A stretch of 64,000 nt of DNA from Felis catus (Eukaryota). A program made the translations under genes and the position numbers. Numbering within the stretch: the stretch's first letter is position 1; each line of letters begins with the position of its first letter. The notes under the pieces were generated by a model. That model had not been told where the DNA came from, ran no database searches, and was given only the letters and a program-made list of their open reading frames with translations. Shown here piece by piece: positions 11,515 to 24,122 of this stretch. The DNA lies in the NCBI RefSeq assembly GCF_018350175.1, contig NC_058368.1:135410001-135474000 (forward strand), in the 5' to 3' direction.

Positions 11515-12180
11515 AAATATTTTCCATGACCCAGCAGTTCCAGTTCTGTGTACACGCCTCAAAGAAAAGTCAATCAAAAGACATGTACAAGAGGGTGGGG
11601 GATGGGCAGTAAGTAGGGCATTTGTTGGGATGAGCACTGGGTGTTATATGTAAGTGATGAATCACTAAATTTGACTCCTGAAAGTATAAGAATGTTCACA
11701 ATAGCTTTGTTTCTAACAGCGAAAAATTGGGCACAATCCAAATCCCCATCGTAGAGGAATAAATAAATGGTGGAATAGTTATGCCACAGAATACCGCAGA
11801 GCAATAAAAAGAACAAACTACTTTTACATACTCTGACATGTAGCAACATAGACAAATCTCACAGACATAAAGAGGAGCATAAACGGCCAGACAAAAAGAT
11901 AACATCTTGTATGATTCCATTTATATGAAGATTCAACTTATATGGATTTATGTGAAGTATATGAACTACAGACAAAACTGATCGGTGAATATAGAAGTCA
12001 AAATAGTGGTTATCGCTGTTGGAAAAACGTGAGAGGACAAAAGAGAGCCTTCTAGCATATGGGAAATGCTCTATAATTAATTTGGGTGATAGTTGACAGC
12101 TGAGTGTTCCATGAGTATGTGTATAAATTCATCGAGTTGTACATGTAAGGTCTATGCAATTGACAGAATATACGTTACAC
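11515..12180 (+). mobile_element. Old L1 3' end (L1MB/L1ME-type)
   Basis: 'ccatgacccagcagttcca', 'aagaatgttcacaatagctttg', 'tgtatgattccatttatatgaag', 'agaagtcaaaatagtggtta'. Confidence 0.8.
11593..11683 (+). mobile_element. 91-bp carnivore L1 3'UTR fragment lacking polyA, nested in an old L1
   Basis: 'gggatgagcactgggtgttatatgtaagtgatgaatcactaaatttgactcctgaaa' matches the 3'UTR at about 20970-21027; flanked by GTA(C/T)AAGA. Confidence 0.85.
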
Positions 12181-12429
12181 AATATGCATAGTTTTGGAGA
12201 GAGAATTATTTCTGCATGTCTGACATTTGGCTGGGCCCTGGAGATACACTGATGAACAAAACAGGCATGTCTTTCCACTTAGCATGGTATATCTCTGGCG
12301 CTAGTTCAGTATCTATGCTCAGTAAATTGTCGGTGACCTGAACTGAGCACTTTTTTTCTTTTTACACACTAACCACTTAAACTTTTTAAAATTTGCTATT
12401 GCTGATGCTAATGGCGACAGTGGTACTTC

Positions 12430-12900
12430 ATATTTCTTTGACAAGCATGTCTTGTTTCATTTTAGGCTTTTTCAATCCGAGGTCATCATGACTCCTCATT
12501 ATGGAAAAATCCCAGAATGTTCTCCTCCCTCCAGCAAAAGCGCTACGTGCGCTTTCATCCTGCAGATTTCAGAATTGATTCTCTGTGCTGCTAGCATTGT
12601 CCGTATCCCACGGAGTCGTGCGCTAAAATCCAGAGCAGTGAACACACCTATGAAAAATGATGCTTTCGAGCCTGCCCCATGGTGCAGTAAATTTGAAAGT
12701 ACTCTTAATAATAATAAGGATCAACATTGACTTTAATGGTCCTCAAATCCATCACGTAATTTCATTAGCCACCCAGCACAGATGCAAGCAGGGGTGATGT
12801 CATACTTTTTCCCCTTGCTCTGAAACCTGAGTCAGGCGCCAGAGATGGAAACCAGTTTTACAGACTCTAATCGGATTAAAGCTTCTGGCAGCCACTGATC
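12430..12900. promoter_or_regulatory. Candidate enhancer
   Basis: Repeat-free with retained CpGs; TGAGTCA (12828-12834), TGATGTCA (12795-12802), palindromic homeodomain dimer site TAATCGGATTA (12868-12878). Motif evidence only. Confidence 0.3.
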
Positions 12901-13184
12901 AATATATGGTAGCTGGAGGAATCCCAAAATGTGCAAAGCCCTCGCAAACCCCTTCAGAGCCATGGCCTCCCTCAGGCAGAAGGGAGGTTTAGGTTGTCGC
13001 CTAGTATAAGGGGGGAAAGTCAAGACGGTGTGTCCTAAGGCACTGTGTGATTTTCAGTTTTCCCTAGAACCTAGGTCCACACAGTCTAGAGATGTCATCA
13101 CTTAGGCAACAGCCTCAACTATTGCTCTCTGATCTTACCCAAAGGGAATCTCTACTCATACGCCCATCATTTAGAAAACCAGCA

Positions 13185-13420
13185 ATACAAATCACAGGCT
13201 TTGGAGTCAGGTGCAGCTTGATACAAAACCTAGCTCTGCCATTGGCTAGTTAACCCCGAGAGAGCAGCCTTACCTGTTTGAGTCTCAAGTTCCTCATCTA
13301 CAGAGTGGAGATAATAACACGTATCTCATGGAGGTGTAGTGAGAATAAAAGGCCCATGTGTATAAAACGTTTAGGACAGTCCCTGGGCCTGTGGACTTAC
13401 TCGATAAATGAGAGCTAATA
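13185..13420 (+). mobile_element. MIR
   Basis: 'ggctttggagtcag..cctagctctgcca..gttcctcatctacagagtggagataataacacgtatctcatggagg..ctcgataaatgagagcta'. Confidence 0.85.
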
Positions 13421-14085
13421 TTGAAAAGAAAGGATCATCCATGACTAATTTCGTTATCTATAAATTACCATTATAATTCAAAAAAAAACCTGAAATGCCC
13501 CCTCATATTCAGAGAAGAGAATTTTTTTTGCCTTTGTCATTTTACTTTACCTCGACTTTCCCATCTCTCAAACTTAGCACAAGCAAAGAGCCAGTGGCGA
13601 GATGTGCTTATAACCTCCAGGTTGCTTTAACAAGAACTTCAATAACGTAGCAAAATACAATGACCTCATCATTTCAATGTTGCAGCAGTAAAAATCAATG
13701 CTACTTAAAAAGCCTGACAATCAATCAAGGTCTAGCCAGATATCTCTGGAAGTCAAACAGGCCCGTATAAAAAAAAACTGGTTCACCTAGGGATCTCATT
13801 AAAGCTCTGCAGCAGTATTTCCCTGATGTAAGCTGGGAGTTTTCATTTGGGTTGCCTTTTTTTTCAACTATGGAATCCCTGTGAGATCAGGGCTATATGT
13901 CTCCCCAGCAGCTGGCTCAGGAGCACTTTTATTAGTTGGATGTCCTCACTTGCATTACCAATGCAGTCACTTATATGTCAGTGTCATTCCAACCATCAGC
14001 GGAAACTCAGACAGTCTCCTACCGAAAGCACATCTGCTTTGTCCAGAGCAAGCTCTTGAAAGAGGTCTAAACACACTTTATTCTT

Positions 14086-14285
14086 TTTTGTAATGTTTAT
14101 TTTTTTTGGAGAGAGGGAGAGAGAGCACGAGCAGGGGAAGGGCAGAGAGAGAGGGAGACAGAAGATCCAAAGTGGGCACTGTGCTGTCAGCACAGAGCCT
14201 GATGCGGGGCTCCAACCCACAAACCACAAGATCATGACCTGAGCCGAAGTTGGACACTTAACCAACTGAGCCACCCAGGTGCCTC
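14086..14285 (-). mobile_element. Can-SINE
   Basis: TSD AACACACTTTATTCTT at 14070-14085 and 14286-14301. Confidence 0.97.
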
Positions 14286-14459
14286 AACACACTTTATTCT
14301 TATTGCATTGTACACAGTAGTGTAGAAGCTATAGAAGGCATAACCTTAAGAGAAGACATTTGTATCCTATGGGCCTTTTTCTAAAACCTCATAATTCATA
14401 TGTTAATGTAAAATAACTTGCGCTCTTCTGAGCTCAGGACATTTTAAGAAATAGCACCT

Positions 14460-15104
14460 GGTGCAGCCACTCTGGAAAACAGCATGGAGGTTCCTCAAAA
14501 AATTCAAAATAGAACTACGACCCAGCAATTGCACTACTAGGTATTTATCCGAGGGATACAGGTATGCTGTTTTGAAGGGACATATGCACCCCAATGTTTA
14601 TAGCAGCACTATCAACAATTGTCAAAGTATGGAAAGAGCCCAAATGTCCATCAATGAATGAATGGATAGATAAGATGTGATACACACACACACACACACA
14701 CACACAAATGGAGTATTACTCAGCAATCAAAAAGAATGAAATCTTGCCATTTGCAACTACGTGGATGGAACTAGAAGGATTTACGCTAAGCAAAATTAAT
14801 CAGTCAGAGAAAGACCAATATCATATGATTTCACTCATATGAGGAATTTAAGAGACAAAACAGATGAACATAAGGGAAGGGAAACAAAAATAATATAAAA
14901 ACAGGGAGGGGACAAAACAGAAGGGACTCATAAATATGGAGAACAAACTGAGGGTTCCTGGAGGGGTTGTGGGAGGCGCGATGGGCTAAATGGGTAAGGG
15001 GCACTAAGGAATCTACTCCTGAAATCATTGTTGCACTATATGCTAACAAATTTGGATGTAAATTTTAAAAAAAATAAAATTAAAAAATATAATAGTAATA
15101 AAAA
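14460..15104 (+). mobile_element. 5'-truncated felid L1 with internal (CA)n
   Basis: ORF2 C-terminus plus felid 3'UTR ('aatctactcctgaaatcattgttgcactatatgctaac'); TSD AAATAGCACCT at 14449-14459 and 15105-15115. Confidence 0.96.
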
Positions 15105-15622
15105 AAATAGCACCTACTATGGACCAGGCATCTTTGTAGGAACTGGAGATACAAAGGTGGATAAAGCACGAGCCTTCTCTTTTCCAAGATCTTGTGAGAC
15201 CAGCTAGAACAGATCTCACTAACTCCAGACCTAGGCCCTGAAAAAAGACAAACAGGATGTGGCACATACCACTACTCTTTCCTCTAACAGGGAAAAAACT
15301 ACCAGTCTCTGGATTATCCATTCTAGAACAATCAATGTAGAGTGGAAACTTAAGCTAGAATGAAAACTGGATGAACCAGAATCAGAAGCCCCACTGTTCC
15401 CAGTGGCATTGGCAGCCTGTTCATTTAGAAAGTCAATTCAGGACCCAATTCTTAGCCTGCTGCATATCCCATGCATAGATGGTGGAAAAGGGAATAAGTT
15501 TATACATTATAAATAATTTATTCTTTAATTCCTCAGGAGCACTCCCTAATTTCTTTATTTAGTGTCCCTATCTATAAGTAAAATAATACATCATGGGGTT
15601 GTTGAGAGAGTTAAATGAAGAT

Positions 15623-15624
<2 letters not shown>

Positions 15625-15670
<46 letters not shown>
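15625..15670. repeat. (GA)n microsatellite within a MIR remnant
   Basis: Directly visible; flanked by MIR-like 'ggggttgttgagagagttaaatga' and 'actcaataaat'. Confidence 0.95.
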
Positions 15671-15671
<1 letters not shown>

Positions 15672-16335
15672 CAGGCCCCTGGCTTATATTACATACTCAA
15701 TAAATAATACCTATAAGAAAACTCAGTTCTGAGATCCATACTAAGAGAGTGTGACCACAGACGCTATGCCCTCCAGCTACTTTCTGGTCTTTCCTACTTC
15801 GAAGCAGCAGAAGCAGACATTTTTCCAGCTACACCAGCCTCGAAAGACCTGAACTCAGCTACTAGCCCTAGAAGCCCCTGGTACAACAATCCAACCTTGA
15901 CAAGAAATCTAGCAACATATCCAACAATAAACATAAAGATGACAGGAATATCAGGAATCCCAACAATTATAAATAGATTAAGTTCCCTGATTAAAAGATA
16001 ACAACTTGCAGACTGATTACAAATAAAAGCAAGATCCAACTGTATGCTCTTTACAAGAGATATATCTAATATAAATAATATTACAAAGTAATGCAAAGGT
16101 TAAAAATATGCAGAGCCCAAATACCAGGCAAATATAAAGAAAAAGAAAGCACTATAGCAATATTAACACCAGTTCGTACAGAATTCAAAACAAAAAGCTC
16201 GACATGGGGCAAAGAAAGTTGTTTCATATCAATAAATAATAGACTCATCAAAATGTATAGCAACCATGAAGCTTTTCACTTTCAATATCATATTGAGTAT
16301 CATAGTATCATAGCAGATACATAAAAAGTAAGAGA

Positions 16336-16560
16336 GGGGTTCCTGAGTGGCTCAGTTGGTTAAGTTTCTGACTCTTGACTTTGGCTCAGGTCATGATCTC
16401 AGGGTCCTGAAATAGAGCCCCCACCCTATTGGGCTCCTAGCCGAGCCTGGAGCTTACTTGAGATTTTGTCTTCCTCTCCCTCTGCCCCTCCCCCACCTGC
16501 TCACTCGCTCTCTAGTTCTCTCTCTCTCTCTCTCTCTCTCTTTCTTAAAAAAAAAAAAAA
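16336..16560 (+). mobile_element. Can-SINE (older subfamily)
   Basis: Head 'ggggttcctgagtggctcagttggttaag', (CT)n, polyA. Confidence 0.93.
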
Positions 16561-17824
16561 AAGAGTAATAGAGCGCTCACAATATGTCAGGCACAGTTCT
16601 AAGCTCTTTATACGTAGTACACATAGAATCTTCCCAAGAGCCCTGTAAAGTAGGTGATGTGATTTTACAGTGATGGCAACTTGTCAATGTCAGCTTGTGA
16701 GAGTGGGGATGATATTCAAAACCAGGCAGATGAACCAGCACCAGGGCTCTTAACTTTTTCACTATATTTCCTCCAAAAAGTAAAAAGAAGTGTTAGAAAT
16801 GGGGAGTGGGGGAACGTCAAACCCAAAGGTATAGTGGGAAAGGTTAACAAAGCTTTCGCAAAATGTGTCATGTCAAGATGACAAACAAATATAGAAAGAT
16901 GTAAATAATACATATTATAAGCCTGACTTCATAGAAAATCATGATCTCTCTAGAAGGGGAGATGTCACATTATTTTCAAACGTCCATGTAACATTTATTT
17001 AAAATATAGAGACAAAGGTCATTTAAGAAGCCATAATAAAACATCTCAATAAGTTTCTAAAAGAAGATCTCTCATAGGACCCACTCACTCATTAAAATGT
17101 AATTAAATCTAAAACCTCACTCTTCCAAATAACTCTCGTGTCAAAGAGTAAAAACTTAATTTATAAATTACTTGGAAACTAACATACGTTGAACACTACA
17201 TGGAAAACTCTATGGGATGTAGCCAAACCTTACTCAGGAGAAAATTATATCCTTAAATAAATTTTTTCCTAAAACAAGAAATGTCTAGAATAAATATTTT
17301 TGAAACATTAGACTCAGAAACAGCAAAAGAAAAACAAAATAAACAAAGAAAACCAATGAATTAGAAACTTTATAACAACTAGAATTGTCAAGTAAAACTA
17401 AGACTAGTTCTTTTTTAAAAAGCATTAGATGTTTGACAAAAAAAGTTTGAAAACACACAACATCAGCAATGAAAAATTAAATGTAACTACACATAGGAAA
17501 GAGACTATTTTTAATAAAATAATGCTATGTAAAAACTTATACCATTAAGGTGGAAGCTAACAAAAGATAAACAATTTTCTAAGAAACTACTTGAATTACT
17601 TTTAAAGAACAGAAATTCAAAGAATTTAGGAAACCCAACTCTACAAAATGTTCCAAATGTTGGCTTTATCAGAAAGTTCTATAAAGCTTTCAAGAACCCC
17701 ATTTCATGAGGCTAGTATAAGTGATATAAAAAATGACTGAGATAATGGAAAAAAGTAAACTATAAGTCAAATTCACTTACGAATATATATATATTCATAT
17801 ACACATACACACATATATACATAC

Positions 17825-17827
<3 letters not shown>

Positions 17828-17862
<35 letters not shown>
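17828..17862. repeat. (CA)n microsatellite
   Basis: Directly visible. Confidence 0.97.
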
Positions 17863-17865
<3 letters not shown>

Positions 17866-18840
17866 AAAATAGTATTAACAAATAGACCCAACAACACAAT
17901 ACAAAAACATGGAATCTCTAACCAGCATTTATTTTAGGAATTCAAGGATAGATCAACGTTAGAAAATGTATCAATCTCATTCATTAGATTAATAGACTTA
18001 AATAAAAGACAAAATTATCATTTTAATAAACAGAAAATACAGTCGATAAAATTCTTTATTCATTTCAGGTTAACCATGGGTAAACTAAGAATAGAAGGAA
18101 ACTTATGTAATATAATACAGGATATTTTTTTTTAATCTATAACACCCTTTCAAACAGTCAATATTATCTGTAAACAAATTTTGAGTGACTGTTCTCTATT
18201 AAAAAGAAACTAAAGGTACCTAACAGTTAATACAGTGAGTGAGCCTTTATATTAGATCCTTGGTTTAAAAACAATTTTAAATAAAGGCAGCGATAAAATA
18301 TATTTTGGGAAGAAAATATGTAACATGTAGAGCAGTAAAAACATTAGTATCTCTATCTGCTGAAGATAATTAAGTTAAAAATAAGACAAGTATTCTTACC
18401 TTCCACCAAAATAAGTAAAGACTCATGAACAGGGAAATTTCAAAAGAAGAAACACAAATTGCCAAAAAAACATATGAAAAGGTATTCAACCCAATTAGCA
18501 ATCAAGGAAACGTAAATGAAAATAACAATGGTATATGACGTTCCACCTTAAGATTAGCAAAGATTAAATGGAATAATAATATTCAAAGTTGGTAAAAACA
18601 TGAATACTCTACTGGTGAAGCATAAATTTGTTCAACTCTTTGGAAGTAATGAATTAGACAATATACACCAGTAAGTCCTGTTGAACTAGCTGTTAAACTT
18701 ATAGAATCTGCCCAAAAGAAATAAATGGACAAAAATTAATGTACCTGATTTCTTTTTGCAGCATGACCTATTAAAAAATTTAATGACATTTAATGACCCA
18801 TTACATAACTTGTACTATAACCATATAACTTCATACTCTT

Positions 18841-19047
18841 TATTTTAAGTTTATTTTTATTTATTTTGAGACTGAGATAGAGAGCAAGCAGGGGAGGAAC
18901 AGAGAGAGAGGAAGAGAGAATCCCAAGCAGGCTCCTTAAGGTCAGGGCAGAGCCTGACGTGGGGCTCAGACTCACGAACCCTGAGATCATAATCCAAGCC
19001 GAAGTCAAGAGTCAGATGCTTAATCAACTGAGCCACCCAAGTTCCCC
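18841..19047 (-). mobile_element. Can-SINE
   Basis: Reverse head 'taatcaactgagccacccaagttcccc'; degenerate TSD ATAACT..A..A.TCTT. Confidence 0.94.
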
Positions 19048-19302
19048 AATAACTGCACAATCTTAAACAGTGGGAAAAGAACAAGGAAATCTAAATGTAT
19101 TAGTATAAGAAGATATCTGTGAAATAGTTTACATTAAGAAATTTTATAGAAAATTAAGTCTAATATTATTTTATTTACCTAAATTATATATATGCTTATA
19201 GATGCATAGAAAACTTCTAGAAAGGTTTACAACAAATTATAACAATGGTTATGTCTATGGTGTTGAATTAAGGAGACTTTTGCTTTCAGAATCATAATCA
19301 GA

Positions 19303-19341
19303 ATAATAATAATTATAATAATAATAATAATAATAATAATA
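19303..19341. repeat. (AAT)n microsatellite
   Basis: Directly visible, one interruption. Confidence 0.93.
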
Positions 19342-20793
19342 CCTGTGCACCTAGGGGAGAAAGAGGGATACTTCACTGTCCCAGTGAAGGACAAGTTGCC
19401 CCATCTCAGTGGGCTTCTCAAAAAGCACCCTAGGCAGGGTCACTGGGATTGGGCAAAAACTCTATCAGCACTGTGAAAATCTTGCTTTGTAAATCTCCAC
19501 AAGCCTGAGCCTTCAGTCATATCAAACACTGGCCCCTCTTTAAGGTCACCCTTATTGCTACTGAAATAACTATTCCACATCTGGAAACAAGAAATAATTT
19601 CCCCAAGGAAACCTCTGTTTCCAAAACTCCACCCGGGTTTACCATCAGTTTAGGTTCCTGGCCTCCGATGGACCATCTGCTCAGCATGTCTCTTTCTCCA
19701 GTTAACAGCCCTCGTCATTTTTAAACTGCCATTAAGCACCGATTCAGAGGCAAGGGCAACGTGAACGTCCCCTAAGTCTCTGAAATAAATCAGTCCCTGT
19801 AATCTGCTTCCCATGTCCCCTCTGTGAACATAAGCATTATTGGGGGTGTCATAATCATCATAACACCTTGGTCCTAAGAATCAATACTTAAAAGGAGGCA
19901 CTTAGTACAAGGTATTTGCCAGGTCAATCCAAGCAGAGACTAGGAGAGATTGCCAAAATGATTCCAAGGGGCACAGAGTATGTCTGGGGCTTCACATGCC
20001 CGAGGGTGATTCAGGAAACAAGTCTAAGATGCTGGGCTAGCGAGGAAAGAGAGGCTCTGGGTAATTACATTCATAGCTTGAATACCATGTGTGGGTAATT
20101 AATAATCTATAAATGTCCCGAATGAGCGCACATGTTGAGTTATTCCATCATTAAAAAGGGTGCCAGTGTTAATGTGGTTCCTCTGTAGGGTTCATTAACT
20201 GGACAGAGTGTCAAGGCAGGGTGGATTTATTTTTTCATTTCTTCCATTTACTCTTTATTTTGTTCCCTTCCATTGTTCATAAATAGAAGTGGTAATTATC
20301 GGAAGGAAAAACAGCATTTCTCAATTCTTTTGCTGGATATTATAGGGAAAGGTAGGGATTATTTACCTCCAGTCATTTTGCCAAGTCTGCAGAGAACTAA
20401 GTGGAAATAAGCAATTAGCTGGAAGATTTTGGATTTTAAAGTACTCTGAAAAGTATAACATTCTCAATATTAGTAAGCTGTTGCTTTTTATCTTGTACAG
20501 TGTCTATCTGACCTCAAAGTGATCTTCAGTCTCGAAAAATCACTGTACAGCGTAATTCAAAACCCCTCGCTTGCCATGCAGGGCTGCAGATACCATGAAA
20601 AAGTTCTCTCTACCCTAGCTTCACTTCAGAATGCCACAGGCTCACCCACATCCATGGGGACAAGCCATCAGAAGGATGAAGGAAATTAGGCTGGATTCTA
20701 AGAAAAATGGAATATTCAATAAATACATGAGGAAAAGATGGATGGATGAACAGATGGATGGATGAGTAGGCAGGCAGAAAGATAAATGATACA

Positions 20794-21089
20794 AAGAAAC
20801 AAAACAGATGAACACTGGGGAAGGGAAGGAAAAATAAGATAAAAAAGAGAGAGAGCAGCAAACCATAGGAGACTCTTAAATACAGGGAACAAACTGAGGG
20901 GTTGCTGTCTGGGTGTTGGGTGGGGGGAGATGGGTTAAATGGGTGATGTGCATTAAGGAGGGCACTTGCTAGGATGAGCACTGGGTGTTCTATGTAAGTG
21001 ATGAATCACTAAATTCTATTCCTGAAATGATTATTACATTACCTGTTAACTAAGTTGGATTTAAATAAAATTCCAAAATTAGAAAAAAA
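20794..21089 (+). mobile_element. Carnivore L1 3'UTR (5'-truncated insertion)
   Basis: Carnivore L1 3'UTR with A-tail; perfect 18-bp TSD AGAAAGATAAATGATACA at 20776-20793 and 21090-21107. Confidence 0.95.
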
Positions 21090-21117
21090 AGAAAGATAAA
21101 TGATACAGATAAATAAA

Positions 21118-21164
21118 TAGGTAGGTAGGTAGGTAGGTAGGTAGGTAGGTAGGTAGGTAGGTAG
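21118..21164. repeat. (TAGG)n tetranucleotide repeat, about 11 units
   Basis: Directly visible. Confidence 0.97.
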
Positions 21165-21709
21165 CTTCCTCCCTCCATCACTCCATATGGTATATCCAAG
21201 GCAGGACCACTGATGTCTCCTACCTCCAAGGAGAGATAAGATTACTTCTTCCCGGACTGGCTCTTCTCTCATCCTCTTGATCCCACCTCCTCCTGCTTTT
21301 TGTCAAACATGCTCCAACATCTGTTCCCTCTCTACTGAATCTTTAGCGTCCGTTAGATATTACCGACATCTCCAGTCCTCCCGTAGGCTAATGTACACCC
21401 ATATATTCCCCTAACCAACTTCCCCTCTGGCTGAATTCCCTGCAGCCCCCTCACGAGCTTCTCCTGGACAGTCTCTGATCAGCGACCTCCACCTCACCCC
21501 TCGTTCCTCTGCAACTCACCTGACAACCCTACCCTGCCACGCATCTAATGCCCCAGCCCCTTCCCGACCCACATTCCACCTGCTCTTCTCCCTTGAATTT
21601 TTGGCCACTTTACTTTGCCTTGAAACTTTCTCCTCCCCAATCTTCTGTGAGAGTTTACTCCTCCGTCTCTTTGTTTCCACCTCCCCAACAAGGTCCCTTG
21701 AGTCCATCG

Positions 21710-22632
21710 TTCTTTAATTTACTGAACAAATACTTATTGGGCACTTATCCTCTGCCAGGCACTAAGCTAGACATGCAGGGAACACAAAATAACCGGGACT
21801 TTAACCTCACTCTCAAGGGCCTGAAGAGAGATATAAGTGTGTGAACACGTGAATGACAACAAAATATGATAAGTGTAATCAATCGTCCATTCAGTGTTTC
21901 AAAAATACTAGGAACACTTACTACATGCCAAACACTGTCCTACATGCTAGGGATACAACCGGGAACAAAGTGATAAAAATCCTGCCTTTATTAAGTTTAT
22001 ATAAAGGAAGAAAATATATATGAGTAAAACATATGGTAGGACAAAAAATAATCTGTTGTGGAGCAAAATGAAGCAGGGGAAGAACAGGGGGACCCCTGCG
22101 GGATAAGAGGGTTTGCAGTTTCCAATGAGACCGTCGGTGAAATGCTTCCTAGGAAAGACAGATTTGCACAAAGATTTTAAGGAGATGAGGGAGTAAGCCA
22201 TGTGCATCCCTGAGGGAAAGAATCATGGGTAGAAGGAATGGCAATGCAAAGGCCCTGAAGTAGGATCATATCTACAGGATTCCAGAAAAGTGAGGAGAGT
22301 GGTGGAAGATGAGGTCCAAAAAGTACACTTAGGGAAGGGTAGACCATGTAGTCCATCAAAGGCCTTTGAGTGAGATAAGAACTACCAGATGGTTTGAACA
22401 AAGGAATAACATAATCTGAACTCGATGTTAAAGGATCCCTCCCACTTCCGTATGTAAAAATAACACACAGGCAGAAGCAGGAAAACCATTTAGGAGAAGG
22501 TCACTGCAATAATCCAGGAGAGAGCTAGAGGTGGCTCAGAACATGGGCAGCAGGGGACAAGATGCAAAATGGTCACAGGTGGCATACTTTTTGAAGGCAG
22601 AACTAACAGATTTGGTGATGGGTTGCAAGTGA
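21710..22632 (-). mobile_element. L2 remnants (two 3' ends)
   Basis: 'aacaaatacttattgggcacttatcctctgccaggcact' and 'cacttactacatgccaaacactgtcc..gggatacaa', continuing through L2 body 'tgcaataatccaggagagag'. Confidence 0.85.
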
Positions 22633-22639
22633 GAGCCCC

Positions 22640-23160
22640 CCAGAGGTGAGGATACTCAGATCACCCACCATTGTGCCCCACAATCGAGTCAGCCCGCCTG
22701 TGGGGTCGGCTGCCGCGTGAGACAGCATAGTCAGGCGACACCTTTCTTGGTCCCATCCCCTGCCCCCCAGCCCCTCCTACTCTCCACCTTGAAGGTGATC
22801 TGAAAGAGTGGCCTTTATCTCAAAATGAGGGAGCGGGGGCGTGATGCACACTGAGGAAAAAAAGAAAAGAAACTGACCGGATCCCCTTTTACCCACAGCT
22901 TGTGGCCAGACTTCAGCAAGCCTGAGCTGGGAGAGGAGGAAAAGCGCTAACCTTTAACAAAATATACTCATTCTATTATTACACTGGCCTGGACGTACTT
23001 ACAGCATGACCTACTGCTAAGTGAAGGTTGCCAGATAGCTGCTATGGTGTGCAGTAAATTGTATCTTTCATCCAGAGGCAGGAAAGAACTAGCTCCACAC
23101 AATAAACGTGAAGGGACAGGGGAAGAAAATAATAATAATAAAGTTATTTTATGGTTATAA
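22640..23160 (+). mobile_element. Possible ancient Gypsy-like solo LTR (MamGypLTR-type)
   Basis: 'ggcaggaaagaactagctccac..aagggacagg..aataaagttatttt' resembles recalled MamGyp LTR 3' ends; unverified. Confidence 0.35.
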
Positions 23161-23904
23161 AGTCATGCTTGTTCAATGAAACATTTACTTTAGGAGGTCA
23201 AGACCGGAATGCTCAACAAATGCTCTTTATGGCAAAGGCCAGTTAAAGAAGCAAACTTCTGTCCAGTTGATGATATATATCTCCCACCCCAAGGAAAGCC
23301 TGTAGGAGCCCTTCTTCTAGGGTTAAATCTGCAATTAAAGACACAGGCACTGAAAAAGCCGGTCTCTTGGTCACAAAACTGTTAGGAGCCGGTAGGAAAA
23401 TAGAGGGTTTATTGTTGATGCTACTGCCGTGGCTGTTATTCGGTAGAAGCCCTTAAGGTTTGGGGAAGCAGAAATCCTGCACTGGACTTATAATTTAAAT
23501 AGATTCTTCACAAGTAAAGATAATCCTTCATTTGACATTTCTCCACTTAGTTGTTTTTTCCATATTCCTCACCTCGAGCCTTGCCGGTTGATTTATTCTT
23601 AACATAATGCATTTGTACATTTGCTGTTTTGATTATTATCTCCCACTTAAAGCTGACTTGGCACTTTCTTCCTGGGCCCTCATTCGCAGCAGCTTATAAA
23701 TTTTATGAACAAATTACTTTTTATTTATCAACCTCTTCCTCTGCCCAGCAGTGAATTTTTTGGAAGGTTGACAGAGAAAGCGCAAATCCTACTTTTTAAT
23801 TAGACATCCTAATGAAGAAAGCTATCGTCTTTGGGGGGGGGAATGTAAGCCAAGATGGTGCTTTCTTGTGAATTATTGCATTACTTAAAAATAAATAAAT
23901 AAAT

Positions 23905-24122
23905 GGGGCGCCTGGGTGGCGCAGTCAGTTAAGCGTCCGACTTCAGCCAGGTCACGATCTCGCGGTCCGGGAGTTCGAGCCCCGCGTCGGGCTCTGGGCT
24001 GATGGCTCAGAGCCTGGAGCCTGTTTCCGATTCTGTGTCTCCCTCTCTCTGCCCCTCCCCCATTCATGCTCTGTCTCTCTCTGTCACAAAAATAAATAAA
24101 CGTTGAAAAAAAAATTTTTTTT
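23905..24122 (+). mobile_element. Young felid SINE (SINEC_Fc1-like)
   Basis: CpG-rich, with diagnostic 'gtggcgcagtc', 'cagccaggtcacgatctcgcggtcc', 'ctctgggctgatggctc', 'gcctgtttccgattc'. Confidence 0.97.

Larger units (their letters stand above)
15930..18780 (+). mobile_element. Highly decayed ancient L1 ORF2 (endonuclease through 3' region), interrupted
   Basis: 5' part resembles the L1 endonuclease N-terminus ('aatagattaagttccctgattaaaagata..caagatccaactgtatgctctttacaagagat'); later 'ctatgggatgtagccaaa', 'ttcaaggatagatcaacgttagaaaat', 'aaaacatatgaaaaggtattcaac'. Confidence 0.8.
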
